Shown: positions 1 through 11,222, numbered from the stretch's first letter. The stretch is 32,000 bases of DNA from Saccharolobus solfataricus (GCF_900079115.1 NZ_LT549890.1:2220001-2252000), one strand, 5' to 3'. A program made the numbers and translations. The notes: a model not told the origin generated them from the sequence alone.

Positions 1-758
1 TCTAATTCGTGACTACCTGGTCCATGGAATACTGTTACTATGTTATTTCGTAAGGCTTTTTCAATATCGTAGACAAATCTAGAACTACCAACGTTATCGA
101 AAACTCCGAAATGTATTTGGGGTATCATAAACAAAAAATCGTCCAATTTGTACATAAATACGTTCAGAGTAGTTTTTACAGAGATAAGATTTAGAAAATT
201 TTCCAAAGGGACCTTATTCTTTTCTGTTATAGCAGTTATGAAGGGAACAGCTACTTGCGTTGATTTTAGCCCAAGTATTTTTACGCCCTTTCGATTAACA
301 GTATATATATAGAAATGAAATATTAACCCTATAATAAGTATATATAGTAAAAAAATAATCGAATATTTAAAGTAAAATATTATAGGAACATATGATGTAA
401 TTCCAGATAACACTATTGAAGGAATTTCTTTATAACTACCTAAGAGAATATACGCCATTAAAGGCATGAAAAATCCAAACGCGTAAAATGGAGTTATAGG
501 TAACAGAGAAAGTAGAAGATAAGGTATCGCAGTTAGATTCATCATAAACAAGGCTATTTTTATTTTATTCTTAAAAATTATTATCAAGAGAATTGAATAG
601 AGCACAAACGAAAATAGATAATCGAAAGTGAGTTGGAAACTCCTTAACAGTATAAGCAATGATTCTACTGAAAAAGTTGTTGCAAATATTTTTATACTAG
701 GCAGAGTTTTAAGATAACCATAGTATTTCCTTGTCAAATTTTCAGTATCCATGTCCAT
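1..758 (-). CDS. Polytopic membrane protein, N-terminal part (gene runs off the left edge)
   Basis: This gene is absent from the ORF track because it has no stop inside the window. I checked the minus-strand frame triplet by triplet. It is open from the ATG (complement of 756-758) down to position 1, with no in-frame tta/cta/tca. The translation MDMDTENLTRKYYGYLKTLPSIKIFATTFSVESLLILLRSF... has several long hydrophobic segments. A soluble stretch follows: ...HFGVFDNVGSSRFVYDIEKALRNNIVTVFHGPGSHEL. The family is not recognised with certainty (possibly a DUF2070-type archaeal membrane protein). Confidence 0.6.
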   Translation of the reverse strand, partial: MDMDTENLTRKYYGYLKTLPSIKIFATTFSVESLLILLRSFQLTFDYLFSFVLYSILLIIIFKNKIKIALFMMNLTAIPYLLLSLLPITPFYAFGFFMPLMAYILLGSYKEIPSIVLSGITSYVPIIFYFKYSIIFLLYILIIGLIFHFYIYTVNRKGVKILGLKSTQVAVPFITAITEKNKVPLENFLNLISVKTTLNVFMYKLDDFLFMIPQIHFGVFDNVGSSRFVYDIEKALRNNIVTVFHGPGSHEL

Positions 759-788
759 GATAAGTTGATGGGGTGAAATAAAATAGTT

Positions 789-1079
789 TTGTCAATTAAT
801 AAGGAAAAACTAGGTGCAGACAAGGTAATAAAAAATTCGTTAGACTATTGCGATTTATATATCATACAAAAAGGTGATAAAGTGTTTCTTCTATACCTAT
901 TTGAGAGACGAGGATACTATTATTTCAAAATAATGCCGGAAATTGTCGGAAAATGGGAAGATTGTGAAAACGTAGTCTATACTGCATTTGGGCTTTTTGG
1001 TTTTGTAAGTAACCAAGAAGAATTAGAGCAAAAAATTAAAGAGAAGATTGAGGTGTTAATGCGAAATGTCAGTACTTAA
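789..1079 (+). CDS. Small hypothetical protein (start uncertain)
   Basis: This is a 96-codon ORF on the purine-rich strand. It begins with TTG only 30 nt from the divergent membrane-protein start. In-frame alternatives are GTG at 882 and ATG at 933. It overlaps the HAD gene start by 14 nt. I recognise no family. Confidence 0.4.
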   Translation: MSINKEKLGADKVIKNSLDYCDLYIIQKGDKVFLLYLFERRGYYYFKIMPEIVGKWEDCENVVYTAFGLFGFVSNQEELEQKIKEKIEVLMRNVST

Positions 1080-1860
1080 CGGCTATCAATTAATAATAAG
1101 TGATGTAGATGGGGTAATAGTAAGAGAAGGAGATCCAATATGGGAGAATATTCAAGCGCTAAGGAATATACAAAATAACGGAGTTAAGATCATATTTGTA
1201 ACAAACAACTCTGGTTTTAGTAGGATCTTATTATCTAGGCAGTTATCATACTTAGGCCTTAAAGTTACCCCAGATATGATAATTACAAGTGGTTTAGCTG
1301 CAGCAATTTATATGAAAGAAAAACTCAATGTCAAATCAGTATTCGCAGTAGGCGAAGAGGGCCTTATTGAAGAATTGAAAAATCACGGTTTTTTAGTATT
1401 CTCAAGCGCAGAATCAGAGAGAATTTTACCAGACGCGGTCGTAATGGGATTAGATAGGTTAAGTACCTATGATAAACTGTCGTTAGCCATGAGGTGCATA
1501 AGCAAAGGATCGAAATTTATAGTAACAAATATGGACAGGCTTTGGCCAGCTAAGGATGGATTAAAATTGGGTGCCGGTGCGTTAGCTAGTTCTATAATTT
1601 ACGCGTTAAGAAGGGATCCGGACTTCATAGCTGGGAAACCTAATACTTGGATAGTAGAAATAGCCATGCGGATTTCTAATGTTAAGAAGTTAGATAAGAT
1701 TCTAGTTATAGGAGATCAAATAGAGACTGATATCCAGATGGGGTACAATATAGGTGCCGACACTGCATTAGTCTTAACTGGAATATCAAACGTAGATGAT
1801 GTTGATAGGAGTAATGTTAAGCCGAAATATGTAGTAAATACTTTATTAGACCTTTTGTGA
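1066..1860 (+). CDS. HAD-superfamily subfamily IIA hydrolase (NagD-like sugar/nucleotide phosphatase)
   Basis: HAD motif I is DVDGV, followed by VTNNS. Motif IV is GDQIETD near the C-terminus. The 264-aa size is typical of HAD-IIA. Confidence 0.85.
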   Translation: MSVLNGYQLIISDVDGVIVREGDPIWENIQALRNIQNNGVKIIFVTNNSGFSRILLSRQLSYLGLKVTPDMIITSGLAAAIYMKEKLNVKSVFAVGEEGLIEELKNHGFLVFSSAESERILPDAVVMGLDRLSTYDKLSLAMRCISKGSKFIVTNMDRLWPAKDGLKLGAGALASSIIYALRRDPDFIAGKPNTWIVEIAMRISNVKKLDKILVIGDQIETDIQMGYNIGADTALVLTGISNVDDVDRSNVKPKYVVNTLLDLL

Positions 1861-1907
1861 AATTGTAGAAAGAATACTTAAAAACTATTACGCAAATATA
1901 AACATGT

Positions 1908-4560
<2,653 letters not shown>

Positions 4561-4565
4561 TAGGA

Positions 4566-5438
4566 ATGAAAATAGCTTATTATCCTGGATGTGCAACCCA
4601 TGGTCTATCTAAGGATGTAGATATAGCCACAAAAAAGGTAGCAGAAGTACTTGGGGTTGAGCTAGTTGAAGTACCAGATTGGAACTGTTGTGGTGGTGGA
4701 TTTTATGATGAGTATGACGAAGTTGGTCATGTAGCCCTTAACTTAAGGAATTTATCGCAAGTAGAAAAGATGGGTCTTACGAAAATGGTAACACCATGTA
4801 GCGTGTGCCTTCATAGTCATAGATTAGCTACATATAAATATAAAGAGGATAAAGATATAAAAAGGAAGACTGATAAAAGACTAGAGGGCACTTCAGTTAA
4901 ATATGAGGGAAAAGTCGATGCAGAACACATAGTTTGGGTTCTGTTAAGAGATGTAGGATTAGAAAATATTAAGAAACACGTTAAGAAACCTCTGACTGCA
5001 CTTAAAGTAGGCACTTATTACGGATGCCAAATGTTAAGACCAGAGCAAATAATGGGATTTGAGAAGGCTTATAATCCCAGTAGTTTATCTGAACTAGTTG
5101 CAGTTACTGGGGCTACACCGGTTCCTTTTCCTGCCATGACCTCATGTTGTGGATTTCCACTAGTTGGAAGTAATCCTAAAGGCGCTTTGAAGTTGGCATT
5201 TAACGTTCTTAATAGCGCTAAACAGTCTGGAGCTGATTTAGTAATACATCCATGCAGCCTATGTCACCTTCAGTTGGACTCCTTACAGTTAAAGGTTAAG
5301 GCTGAATTTAACATAGGTTGGACTATGCCTGCAATATATGTGACGCAGCTATTGGGTTTATCCTTCGGTTTCAGTCCTGAGGAACTAGGAATAGGAAAGC
5401 TTGCGATTGAGGTACTACGAAGTAAGGGAGTGATATGA
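4566..5438 (+). CDS. sdhC: Succinate dehydrogenase subunit C, HdrB-like with two CCG domains (non-classical anchor)
   Basis: Matches are YYPGC, WNCCGGG and TSCCGFP...HPCSLCH, which gives two Cys-rich CCG repeats. I prefer ATG 4566 because AGGTGAG (4551-4557) sits 8 nt upstream. The track start, GTG 4557, overlaps the sdhB stop and remains possible. Confidence 0.9.
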   Translation: MKIAYYPGCATHGLSKDVDIATKKVAEVLGVELVEVPDWNCCGGGFYDEYDEVGHVALNLRNLSQVEKMGLTKMVTPCSVCLHSHRLATYKYKEDKDIKRKTDKRLEGTSVKYEGKVDAEHIVWVLLRDVGLENIKKHVKKPLTALKVGTYYGCQMLRPEQIMGFEKAYNPSSLSELVAVTGATPVPFPAMTSCCGFPLVGSNPKGALKLAFNVLNSAKQSGADLVIHPCSLCHLQLDSLQLKVKAEFNIGWTMPAIYVTQLLGLSFGFSPEELGIGKLAIEVLRSKGVI

Positions 5439-5804
5439 ATGAGTGAGGAAATCAAAAAAGTTATTCAAGATATTGGGGGAAAGCCAGATGAATGGGTTAA
5501 TGTTTCCGAAAGGCCAGGAAAGGAACCATTTGCGAAGGAACTCAATTATAGTCTCGAGGATTATTTCTGGGGTAAGGTTCATGTGAGGAACGAAGGGGAT
5601 ATTTATGTTTTAGTGATCTCAAAGGACGTATTCAATTGGAAAGAAAGGATAAAGGATTTGAAACTTAATGGAAATGTTATTGATGCGGCTGGAGGTCTGA
5701 TGTGGATTCAAGAGTTTAATATCCAAGGGTTAAAAAGAGATTTCGAGTTCTTAAAGACTTTCATAGAAGATATAAGGAAGCAAAAACAACAGAAAACTTC
5801 ATAA
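5439..5804 (+). CDS. sdhD: Succinate dehydrogenase subunit D (small soluble-looking subunit of type E complexes)
   Basis: The ATG immediately follows the sdhC TGA, and this is the fourth gene of the operon. The protein is 121 aa with no hydrophobic helix, matching my recollection of Sulfolobales SdhD. Confidence 0.8.
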   Translation: MSEEIKKVIQDIGGKPDEWVNVSERPGKEPFAKELNYSLEDYFWGKVHVRNEGDIYVLVISKDVFNWKERIKDLKLNGNVIDAAGGLMWIQEFNIQGLKRDFEFLKTFIEDIRKQKQQKTS

Positions 5805-5810
5805 TTTTTT
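5805..5810 (+). terminator. Oligo-T tract directly after the sdhD stop (candidate archaeal terminator)
   Basis: TTTTTT starts at the first base after the TAA stop (5802-5804). Archaeal RNA polymerase terminates at oligo-T tracts. Confidence 0.4.
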
Positions 5811-5832
5811 ATTATATACTTATATGGCCATA

Positions 5833-5874
5833 CTCAGCAGACACCCGCGTGTCCCGTGGGAGAGTGAAGTTGAG
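5833..5874 (+). other. GC-rich nested hairpin element (candidate small structured RNA or terminator structure)
   Basis: The outer stem pairs CTCAGC (5833-5838) with GTTGAG (5869-5874). The inner stem pairs CCCGCG (5844-5849) with CGTGGG (5855-5860) around a 5-nt loop, TGTCC. The element is flanked by a TATA-like TTATTATATA (5809-5818) upstream and by TCTTTTTCTTTTT (5881-5893) downstream. It is markedly more GC-rich than its surroundings. Confidence 0.3.
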
Positions 5875-5891
5875 GCCTCCTCTTTTTCTTT

Positions 5892-7250
5892 TTAACTTTC
5901 CACTACTTTCAACAAGTCTTCGTGGTCTAATTTATAGGTTATTAAATACTCATCGGATACTCTTCTAAGATCAGCATTATCTCCCCTAATCATGACACTT
6001 ATTAGTTGAGAGTTGGCCTCTTTTAATGATCTTCTCACAGTAGTTTCTGCAATTTTATCTTCTCCATCTGTTAATAATATTATTTCACTTACCCCTTTAA
6101 CATGACCTTCCTTTATGTCTTCGCAAGCAGATATTATTGATCTGCTTATATCTGTACCACCTCCTCCTCTAATTTTCCCTATATACTCTATCATTTTTAT
6201 GACGTCTTTGCTCTTGGCATTCTTCTGAACTTTAATTAATGGATACGGAATATTGTCGAAGAATCTGAGGTAGAAATCTCTATTTTCTCTTTTTGCTCTA
6301 CTGTATAATGCTAGTGCTACAGCTTTGGCCCATAATATTTTCTCTCCATCCATACTTCCCGATTTATCAAGTAATAGATATATGGGGCCTAATGTTTCTT
6401 TAATCTGTTTTTGATATAATAACAACTGGCCTTCTGCTAGTTTCAAGTAAAAGAGCATATCTGGTAGGGCCAATTCGGAGTAGACTATCCTTTCAATATC
6501 ACTTCCCTCTTCATATCCGTATAATTCACCTTTCGAGAATCTAGTTGTCCTCCTCTTTGTAATACTACCTAATTTTGGAATACCACTTAAAAACTCCAAG
6601 ATCTTCTTAATTTCAGTATTCCTTGCGAGTCTTAACACTTCATGAATCTCTCCTTCAAACGTTAGGACGCTTCCAGTGCCTGCTCCATTCCCTCCAACGA
6701 TCTTTTGCATGTTTCTCACTGAATTGGCATCCTCTATGGCCTTAGACATTGCCTTCTCATGGGCTTGCCTGAGGACCTTTTCCATAGATTGTTGATTGGA
6801 ATTCTTTTGTTCTTTCCCTTCTTTTGAAGAGCTTCCTTTCATTAAACCGTTTAGTATCTCTTCAGCCGCTTCCCTCTCCTCCATAGATTGGGAGGTCTTC
6901 TTTATTCTTTCTAACTCCTCAATAAGATTTTGGACGTAACTCACGGTTAAAGCTAAGCTCACAGCAGAGTTCACAATTGAGTATTCCCTGTTTTTTAGAA
7001 CTATGTCAGAAGATAGAGTGGAATTTACTAATGAATAAGCTATCTCTTGGTTCTTTTCTATTTCACTTTTTCCTTTGGTTATTGGCAATGGTAAATAGTG
7101 CACGTAATAGGTGTCAACTAAAAACGTTTCATTTAATTGTACATCTCTTCCTAGTAATTTTTTCAAAGTATATGATATTCTTTCTCCTCTATATTTAACT
7201 AGAGGATCTCTATAGTCTATTCCTCTTAATACACCTTCCTCTTCACTCAT
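5892..7250 (-). CDS. von Willebrand factor A domain protein (ViaA/CoxE-like partner of a MoxR ATPase)
   Basis: The C-terminal vWA domain has a complete MIDAS: [10 protein letters not shown] (DxSxS), GGGTD and LLTDGED. A roughly 290-aa N-terminal region carries a charged, low-complexity linker. The start overlaps the stop of the upstream MoxR gene by 4 nt. Confidence 0.85.
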   Translation of the reverse strand: MSEEEGVLRGIDYRDPLVKYRGERISYTLKKLLGRDVQLNETFLVDTYYVHYLPLPITKGKSEIEKNQEIAYSLVNSTLSSDIVLKNREYSIVNSAVSLALTVSYVQNLIEELERIKKTSQSMEEREAAEEILNGLMKGSSSKEGKEQKNSNQQSMEKVLRQAHEKAMSKAIEDANSVRNMQKIVGGNGAGTGSVLTFEGEIHEVLRLARNTEIKKILEFLSGIPKLGSITKRRTTRFSKGELYGYEEGSDIERIVYSELALPDMLFYLKLAEGQLLLYQKQIKETLGPIYLLLDKSGSMDGEKILWAKAVALALYSRAKRENRDFYLRFFDNIPYPLIKVQKNAKSKDVIKMIEYIGKIRGGGGTDISRSIISACEDIKEGHVKGVSEIILLTDGEDKIAETTVRRSLKEANSQLISVMIRGDNADLRRVSDEYLITYKLDHEDLLKVVES

Positions 7251-8395
7251 GGATAAATCCCTAATTTTCTAGCCACTTTTTCTATTAATTTGTCTATCTC
7301 ACTTAAAACTTCTTTGGAAAACTCTTCAACTTTCTCATCTCCACTTTCTTTGCCTAAAGCTACTATTCTATCTCTAGTTGCCCTTAGACTTCTAATCAAT
7401 TCAATTAGTCTAGGATCAGACTCATTCGCTGCTTCGACATATTTCGCAGCTTCCTTAATGTTATTATATATCTCATTCAATTCTTTCATATATTTAATTG
7501 GTGTCTTTAACTCTTCAGATAATAATGCAGCTACTTTTTCAAAGTCATCTATTTCCCTTGGAGCTATATATTTTAAAACTATTAGATCTTCCTCAGTAGC
7601 CTTCAGTCTACTATTCAATATTGCATGCGCAGAAACCACTTTTAGAACTTTACCCTTTCTTCTATCTGATAAGTGGATTCCCTTTTCCTCAAGCATTGCA
7701 TATAGTTTCAATAATTTGTTCTTAACTCCAGACAAATCAACTTGGGATAAGTATGAATATAGCTTATCTAAATGCTCTATGTTCATTATTGGTTCCTTGA
7801 CAGCCCATCTATTGGTAAATTCTATTTCCCATGTCGCATCTAACAGCTGTTTCCATAGCTCCTCTCCTACTGGTCTAGCGTAATGCCTTAAAAGTAATCT
7901 ATCGTATAGTGCCTCCAACTCTGGTTCATCTGGTACTCTATTGCTTGCTGATATTAGTGTCCTTAAAGGTACCTTTATCACGTTATAACCATCATAAATT
8001 ACTCTCTCGTTTAACAATGATAATAAAGCGTTAAGGATTGCAGAGTTTGCATTGAATATCTCATCTAGAAATGCTATTTGGCTCTCTGGTAGTCTATCTT
8101 TTGTAATTCTTTTATATTGTCCATCTTTTAGGGCATTTATATCAAGTGCTCCAAATAATTCTGCAGGTTCAGTGTATTTCGTTAATAGGTACATGAAGAA
8201 TTTAGCGTTTAACAATTCTGCAGCTCTTCTCGCTAGAGCCGATTTCGCGGTACCAGGTTCTCCTATTAGTATTACATGCTCTTTACTAAGTAAGGCTAAT
8301 GTAATCACTTTTGCTTCTTCTTCCCTTCCTATAAACGGTGCCATTAAAGCTTCCATGAATTTCTTGGGTAATTCAAGTAATGTCTTTTCACTCAA
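7247..8395 (-). CDS. MoxR-family AAA+ ATPase (RavA/APE0892-like)
   Basis: Walker A is GEPGTAKS and Walker B is [18 protein letters not shown] and ISASN (sensor 1) also match, and the N-terminal half aligns by eye with E. coli RavA. The start is TTG 8395; ATG 8356 is an alternative. Confidence 0.9.
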   Translation of the reverse strand: MSEKTLLELPKKFMEALMAPFIGREEEAKVITLALLSKEHVILIGEPGTAKSALARRAAELLNAKFFMYLLTKYTEPAELFGALDINALKDGQYKRITKDRLPESQIAFLDEIFNANSAILNALLSLLNERVIYDGYNVIKVPLRTLISASNRVPDEPELEALYDRLLLRHYARPVGEELWKQLLDATWEIEFTNRWAVKEPIMNIEHLDKLYSYLSQVDLSGVKNKLLKLYAMLEEKGIHLSDRRKGKVLKVVSAHAILNSRLKATEEDLIVLKYIAPREIDDFEKVAALLSEELKTPIKYMKELNEIYNNIKEAAKYVEAANESDPRLIELIRSLRATRDRIVALGKESGDEKVEEFSKEVLSEIDKLIEKVARKLGIYP

Positions 8396-8426
8396 TTTTA
8401 TCCCATTCTTAACTTCTCAATTTTAG

Positions 8427-8434
8427 CTTATAAA
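8427..8434 (-). promoter_or_regulatory. TATA box candidate for the MoxR-vWA operon
   Basis: The minus strand reads TTTATAAG, about 35-40 nt upstream of the TTG start at 8395. Confidence 0.4.
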
Positions 8435-8778
8435 CAAAAATTAAGAACGGTCTTATACGAAGAAGGGGAAGAACTCTTATCCTTTAAGGTGGAAAAACCA
8501 GATCTAACCCAATTTCTTTGACATTCCTTATGTGGCTCTAATACTTTTATTTCCTGATTTTAAGTAATATTGAGAATCCTTATTCAACTGTTAACATATA
8601 ATAAATAGTATAATATAATGAAAAATATCTATTGGCTATAGTCACTCTGCACATTCCTTTAATTCAAGATTTATCTTGTACACAATTTAAAATTCTTAGG
8701 ATCATATATCAACTTACTTCTCTTTCCTTTTCCCCTTCATGTTTAATACTTTTTAACATCCTTTCATTAACACATAGA

Positions 8779-8786
8779 TTTATAAA
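8779..8786 (+). promoter_or_regulatory. TATA box candidate for ssb
   Basis: TTTATAAA is preceded by a purine-rich, BRE-like AGA. It lies about 46 nt upstream of the ssb ATG, which implies a short leader. Confidence 0.5.
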
Positions 8787-8831
8787 TGGATAAAATGATA
8801 TTTGAAATAACAAATCTGTGAGTCGAGTCGA

Positions 8832-9278
8832 ATGGAAGAAAAAGTAGGTAATCTAAAACCAAATATGGAAAGCGTAAATGTAACCGTAAGAGTTTTGGAA
8901 GCAAGCGAAGCAAGACAAATACAGACAAAGAACGGTGTTAGAACAATCAGTGAGGCTATTGTTGGAGATGAAACGGGAAGAGTAAAGTTAACATTATGGG
9001 GAAAACATGCAGGTAGTATAAAAGAAGGTCAAGTGGTAAAGATAGAAAACGCGTGGACCACCGCTTTTAAGGGTCAAGTACAGTTAAATGCTGGAAGCAA
9101 AACTAAGATAGCTGAAGCTTCAGAAGATGGATTTCCAGAATCATCTCAAATACCAGAAAATACACCAACAGCTCCTCAGCAAATGCGTGGAGGAGGAAGA
9201 GGATTCCGCGGTGGGGGAAGAAGGTATGGAAGAAGAGGTGGTAGAAGACAAGAAAACGAAGAAGGTGAAGAGGAGTGA
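8832..9278 (+). CDS. ssb: Single-stranded DNA-binding protein (single OB fold, RGG/acidic tail)
   Basis: [35 protein letters not shown]...LWGKHAG...[17 protein letters not shown] matches my memory of Sulfolobus solfataricus SSB. The tail is [30 protein letters not shown]. Confidence 0.97.
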   Translation: MEEKVGNLKPNMESVNVTVRVLEASEARQIQTKNGVRTISEAIVGDETGRVKLTLWGKHAGSIKEGQVVKIENAWTTAFKGQVQLNAGSKTKIAEASEDGFPESSQIPENTPTAPQQMRGGGRGFRGGGRRYGRRGGRRQENEEGEEE

Positions 9279-9556
9279 ATTTTGAAGATGTGAAAGATAA
9301 AAAACCAAAGAAGATAGGCGAGTTGATTGATAGGAGCGAAGAGAGTGATAATTACATAGTAAAAGTGGCTGAAGACAAAGTATACGAGCTTGCTCCTATA
9401 GCTTATTATATTTGGGCTATGTGTGATGGTAATAGAAGTGTGGATGAAATAGTTAATGAATTAAGTAAAGAGGCAAATTTAGATATATCACAAGTACGTG
9501 ACCCCGTAGTAATGGTATTAGACGAGTTAGAAAAGGCGTCACTCATAACTTTTTAA
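9275..9556 (+). CDS. PqqD-family / RiPP-recognition-element-like small protein
   Basis: The pattern [55 protein letters not shown] fits the PqqD signature (x-L-N/A-x-A-x-x-I-W-x-x-C-D-G-x-x-(S/T)-V-x-E-I ... D-V-x-x-F-L-x-x-L-x-x-x-x-L-I). The GTG start overlaps the ssb TGA (GTGA). GTG 9290 is an alternative start. Confidence 0.7.
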   Translation: MNFEDVKDKKPKKIGELIDRSEESDNYIVKVAEDKVYELAPIAYYIWAMCDGNRSVDEIVNELSKEANLDISQVRDPVVMVLDELEKASLITF

Positions 9557-9581
9557 TCCGTATAAGATATTGTTTTTTTAT

Positions 9582-11222
9582 ATGAGAGTATTTGTTAAGG
9601 ATGAATTGTTATACTCAATAGAGGAAGCGATAAGAGTCTATTTATCATCACTAAATTTCATCCCTAAAACTGTAGAAGTAGAAGTAAAGGACTCTTTTGG
9701 ATACGTGTCAGCAGAAGATCTGAACTCGCCAATTGACTATCCTCCATTTTCAAGGTCTAACGTAGATGGTTATGCCTTAAAGTCCTCATGCACTCCCGGA
9801 GAACTGAAGGTGATAGATAGAATAGAAATTGGTGAATTTAAAGAAGTTCACATAAATGAGTGCGTAGCTGTTGAAGTAGATACTGGAGCAATCATCCCAA
9901 TGGGTGCGGATGCCGTAATAAAAGTTGAAGATGTCAAAATAATAAGTGGTAATCTCATAAAAGTAGACAAAAAAATGACTTTTGGCCAAAATATTGGGTG
10001 GATAGGAAGTGATATTCCTAAAAATTCAATTATATTGAGAAAAGGTGAAGTGATTTCCCATGAGAAGATTGGCTTGTTAGCGTCATTAGGAATAAGTAAG
10101 GTAAAGGTATATGAAAAGTTAAAGGTATATCTAATTGCAACGGGAGATGAACTTGTTGAACCTGGTAACTCCTTGTCCCCAGGCAAAATTTATGAGTCTA
10201 ATCTACATTACCTATATTCTAAGCTTAAACAAAATTATCAAATAGTTGGTCTTTCATTACTTAGAGATGATATAGAGAGCATTAAAAATGAGATAAAGAG
10301 AGCTATTTCGCTTGCTGATGTTTTGATACTAACCGGTGGCACTAGCGCTGGAGAAAAGGATTTCGTCCACAGAGCTATAAAAGAGTTAGGTAGTATAATA
10401 GTTCATGGTATAAAGATAAAGCCTGGAAAGCCGACCATTTTAGGAGTAGTAGATAACAAGCCGGTAATTGGATTGCCTGGGAATATAGTATCTTCAGTTG
10501 TAGTTTTTGATACGGTTATCTCAGAAATTCTGAGAAATCTCTATCCTTCCCGCAAAGAAATTGTTGAATTAGGCAAAATTAAAGCTAAGTTAGCACTGGG
10601 GACTAAGGCTGATAAATATAGAAATACTCTAATTCCAGTCTATTTGTTTAAAAGTGTTGATAGTTCCTATTACGCACTTCCAGTAAAGTTCGAGAGTTAT
10701 ATGATAGGTACTTTTTCCTTAACTGAGGGTTATATAATGCTTAATCCAAACGAAGAAATCGAAGAAGGTAAGGAAGTTGAGGTTAACGTGAAGAAGTTTG
10801 ATGATTCGATATCTATTATAGGAGAAGAGGATAAGAGGATTCTAAATTCAGATACGAAAAATGTATTGCTGGGTTCCTTGCCTGCAAAAAAAGCTATAGA
10901 ATACAAATTTGGAGATGTTGCAGTTATTAGTTCGTTGTATTCTTCATCAGTAGATAATTATGATAGGGTTTTCTGTAGGCAAATTTTAGTTAATGGTGAG
11001 GGAGAGGAAATAGGTTATGACGATTGGATTGGGATGTCCAAAATCGTAAAGAACCCGGTAGTGAAGTTAAGATCTCCTTCCACAATTTACTCGTTATTAG
11101 GAAAGGCTAAGGTTTATGCTCCAGAAGGCTATATTATTGGTAAAAAGGTATTCGAGGAATGTCTATACATGATAGGAATTAGTGAAAGAGGCAAGAGGTA
11201 TCTAAGCACGATAAAAGTATAA
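9582..11222 (+). CDS. moeA: Molybdopterin molybdenumtransferase MoeA with an extra C-terminal domain
   Basis: MoeA hallmarks are SAEDLNSPIDYPPFSRSNVDGYA, VDTGAIIPMGADAV, SPGKIYESN, LTGGTSAGEKDF and IKPGKPT. About 140 extra residues follow the MoeA domain IV. I prefer ATG 9582 over the track's TTG 9570. Confidence 0.9.
   Translation: MRVFVKDELLYSIEEAIRVYLSSLNFIPKTVEVEVKDSFGYVSAEDLNSPIDYPPFSRSNVDGYALKSSCTPGELKVIDRIEIGEFKEVHINECVAVEVDTGAIIPMGADAVIKVEDVKIISGNLIKVDKKMTFGQNIGWIGSDIPKNSIILRKGEVISHEKIGLLASLGISKVKVYEKLKVYLIATGDELVEPGNSLSPGKIYESNLHYLYSKLKQNYQIVGLSLLRDDIESIKNEIKRAISLADVLILTGGTSAGEKDFVHRAIKELGSIIVHGIKIKPGKPTILGVVDNKPVIGLPGNIVSSVVVFDTVISEILRNLYPSRKEIVELGKIKAKLALGTKADKYRNTLIPVYLFKSVDSSYYALPVKFESYMIGTFSLTEGYIMLNPNEEIEEGKEVEVNVKKFDDSISIIGEEDKRILNSDTKNVLLGSLPAKKAIEYKFGDVAVISSLYSSSVDNYDRVFCRQILVNGEGEEIGYDDWIGMSKIVKNPVVKLRSPSTIYSLLGKAKVYAPEGYIIGKKVFEECLYMIGISERGKRYLSTIKV

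Noticed and set aside
5826-5880. I considered reading the GC-rich element as a C/D box sRNA, an H/ACA RNA or a tRNA fragment.
   Set aside because: Neither strand has RUGAUGA C/C' boxes; only one CUGA occurs, on the minus strand. There is no ACA box in the right position relative to a pseudouridylation pocket. No acceptor/T-arm geometry is present. The element is kept only as an unclassified hairpin.
7290-8426. Two long plus-strand ORFs (197 aa at 7290..7883 and 124 aa at 8052..8426) lie opposite the MoxR ATPase gene.
   Set aside because: They are entirely antisense to a gene with unambiguous AAA+ motifs. They lie on the pyrimidine-rich strand and have S/L/F/I-rich, low-complexity composition with no recognisable motif. 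This is the typical open antisense frame of an AT-rich, purine-loaded gene.
8462-8738. A 9-bp inverted repeat (GAAGGGGAA at 8462-8470 and TTCCCCTTC at 8730-8738) might delimit a MITE of about 277 bp in the long spacer.
   Set aside because: The match does not extend convincingly beyond 9 bp. A repeat of that length is not unlikely by chance in a 436-bp region, and I see no flanking target-site duplication.
8632-8793. A 53-codon TTG-initiated ORF lies in the MoxR/ssb spacer.
   Set aside because: It is on the pyrimidine-rich strand with L/S/I/F-rich composition. It runs through the ssb TATA box and has no SD or promoter in a suitable position.
9570-9581. The track start (TTG 9570) gives moeA the N-terminus MFFY.
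   Set aside because: The in-frame ATG at 9582 (MRVFVKDELLYSIEEA...) is the more conventional MoeA N-terminus. The TTG codon lies in a T-rich tract that looks like promoter or spacer sequence.
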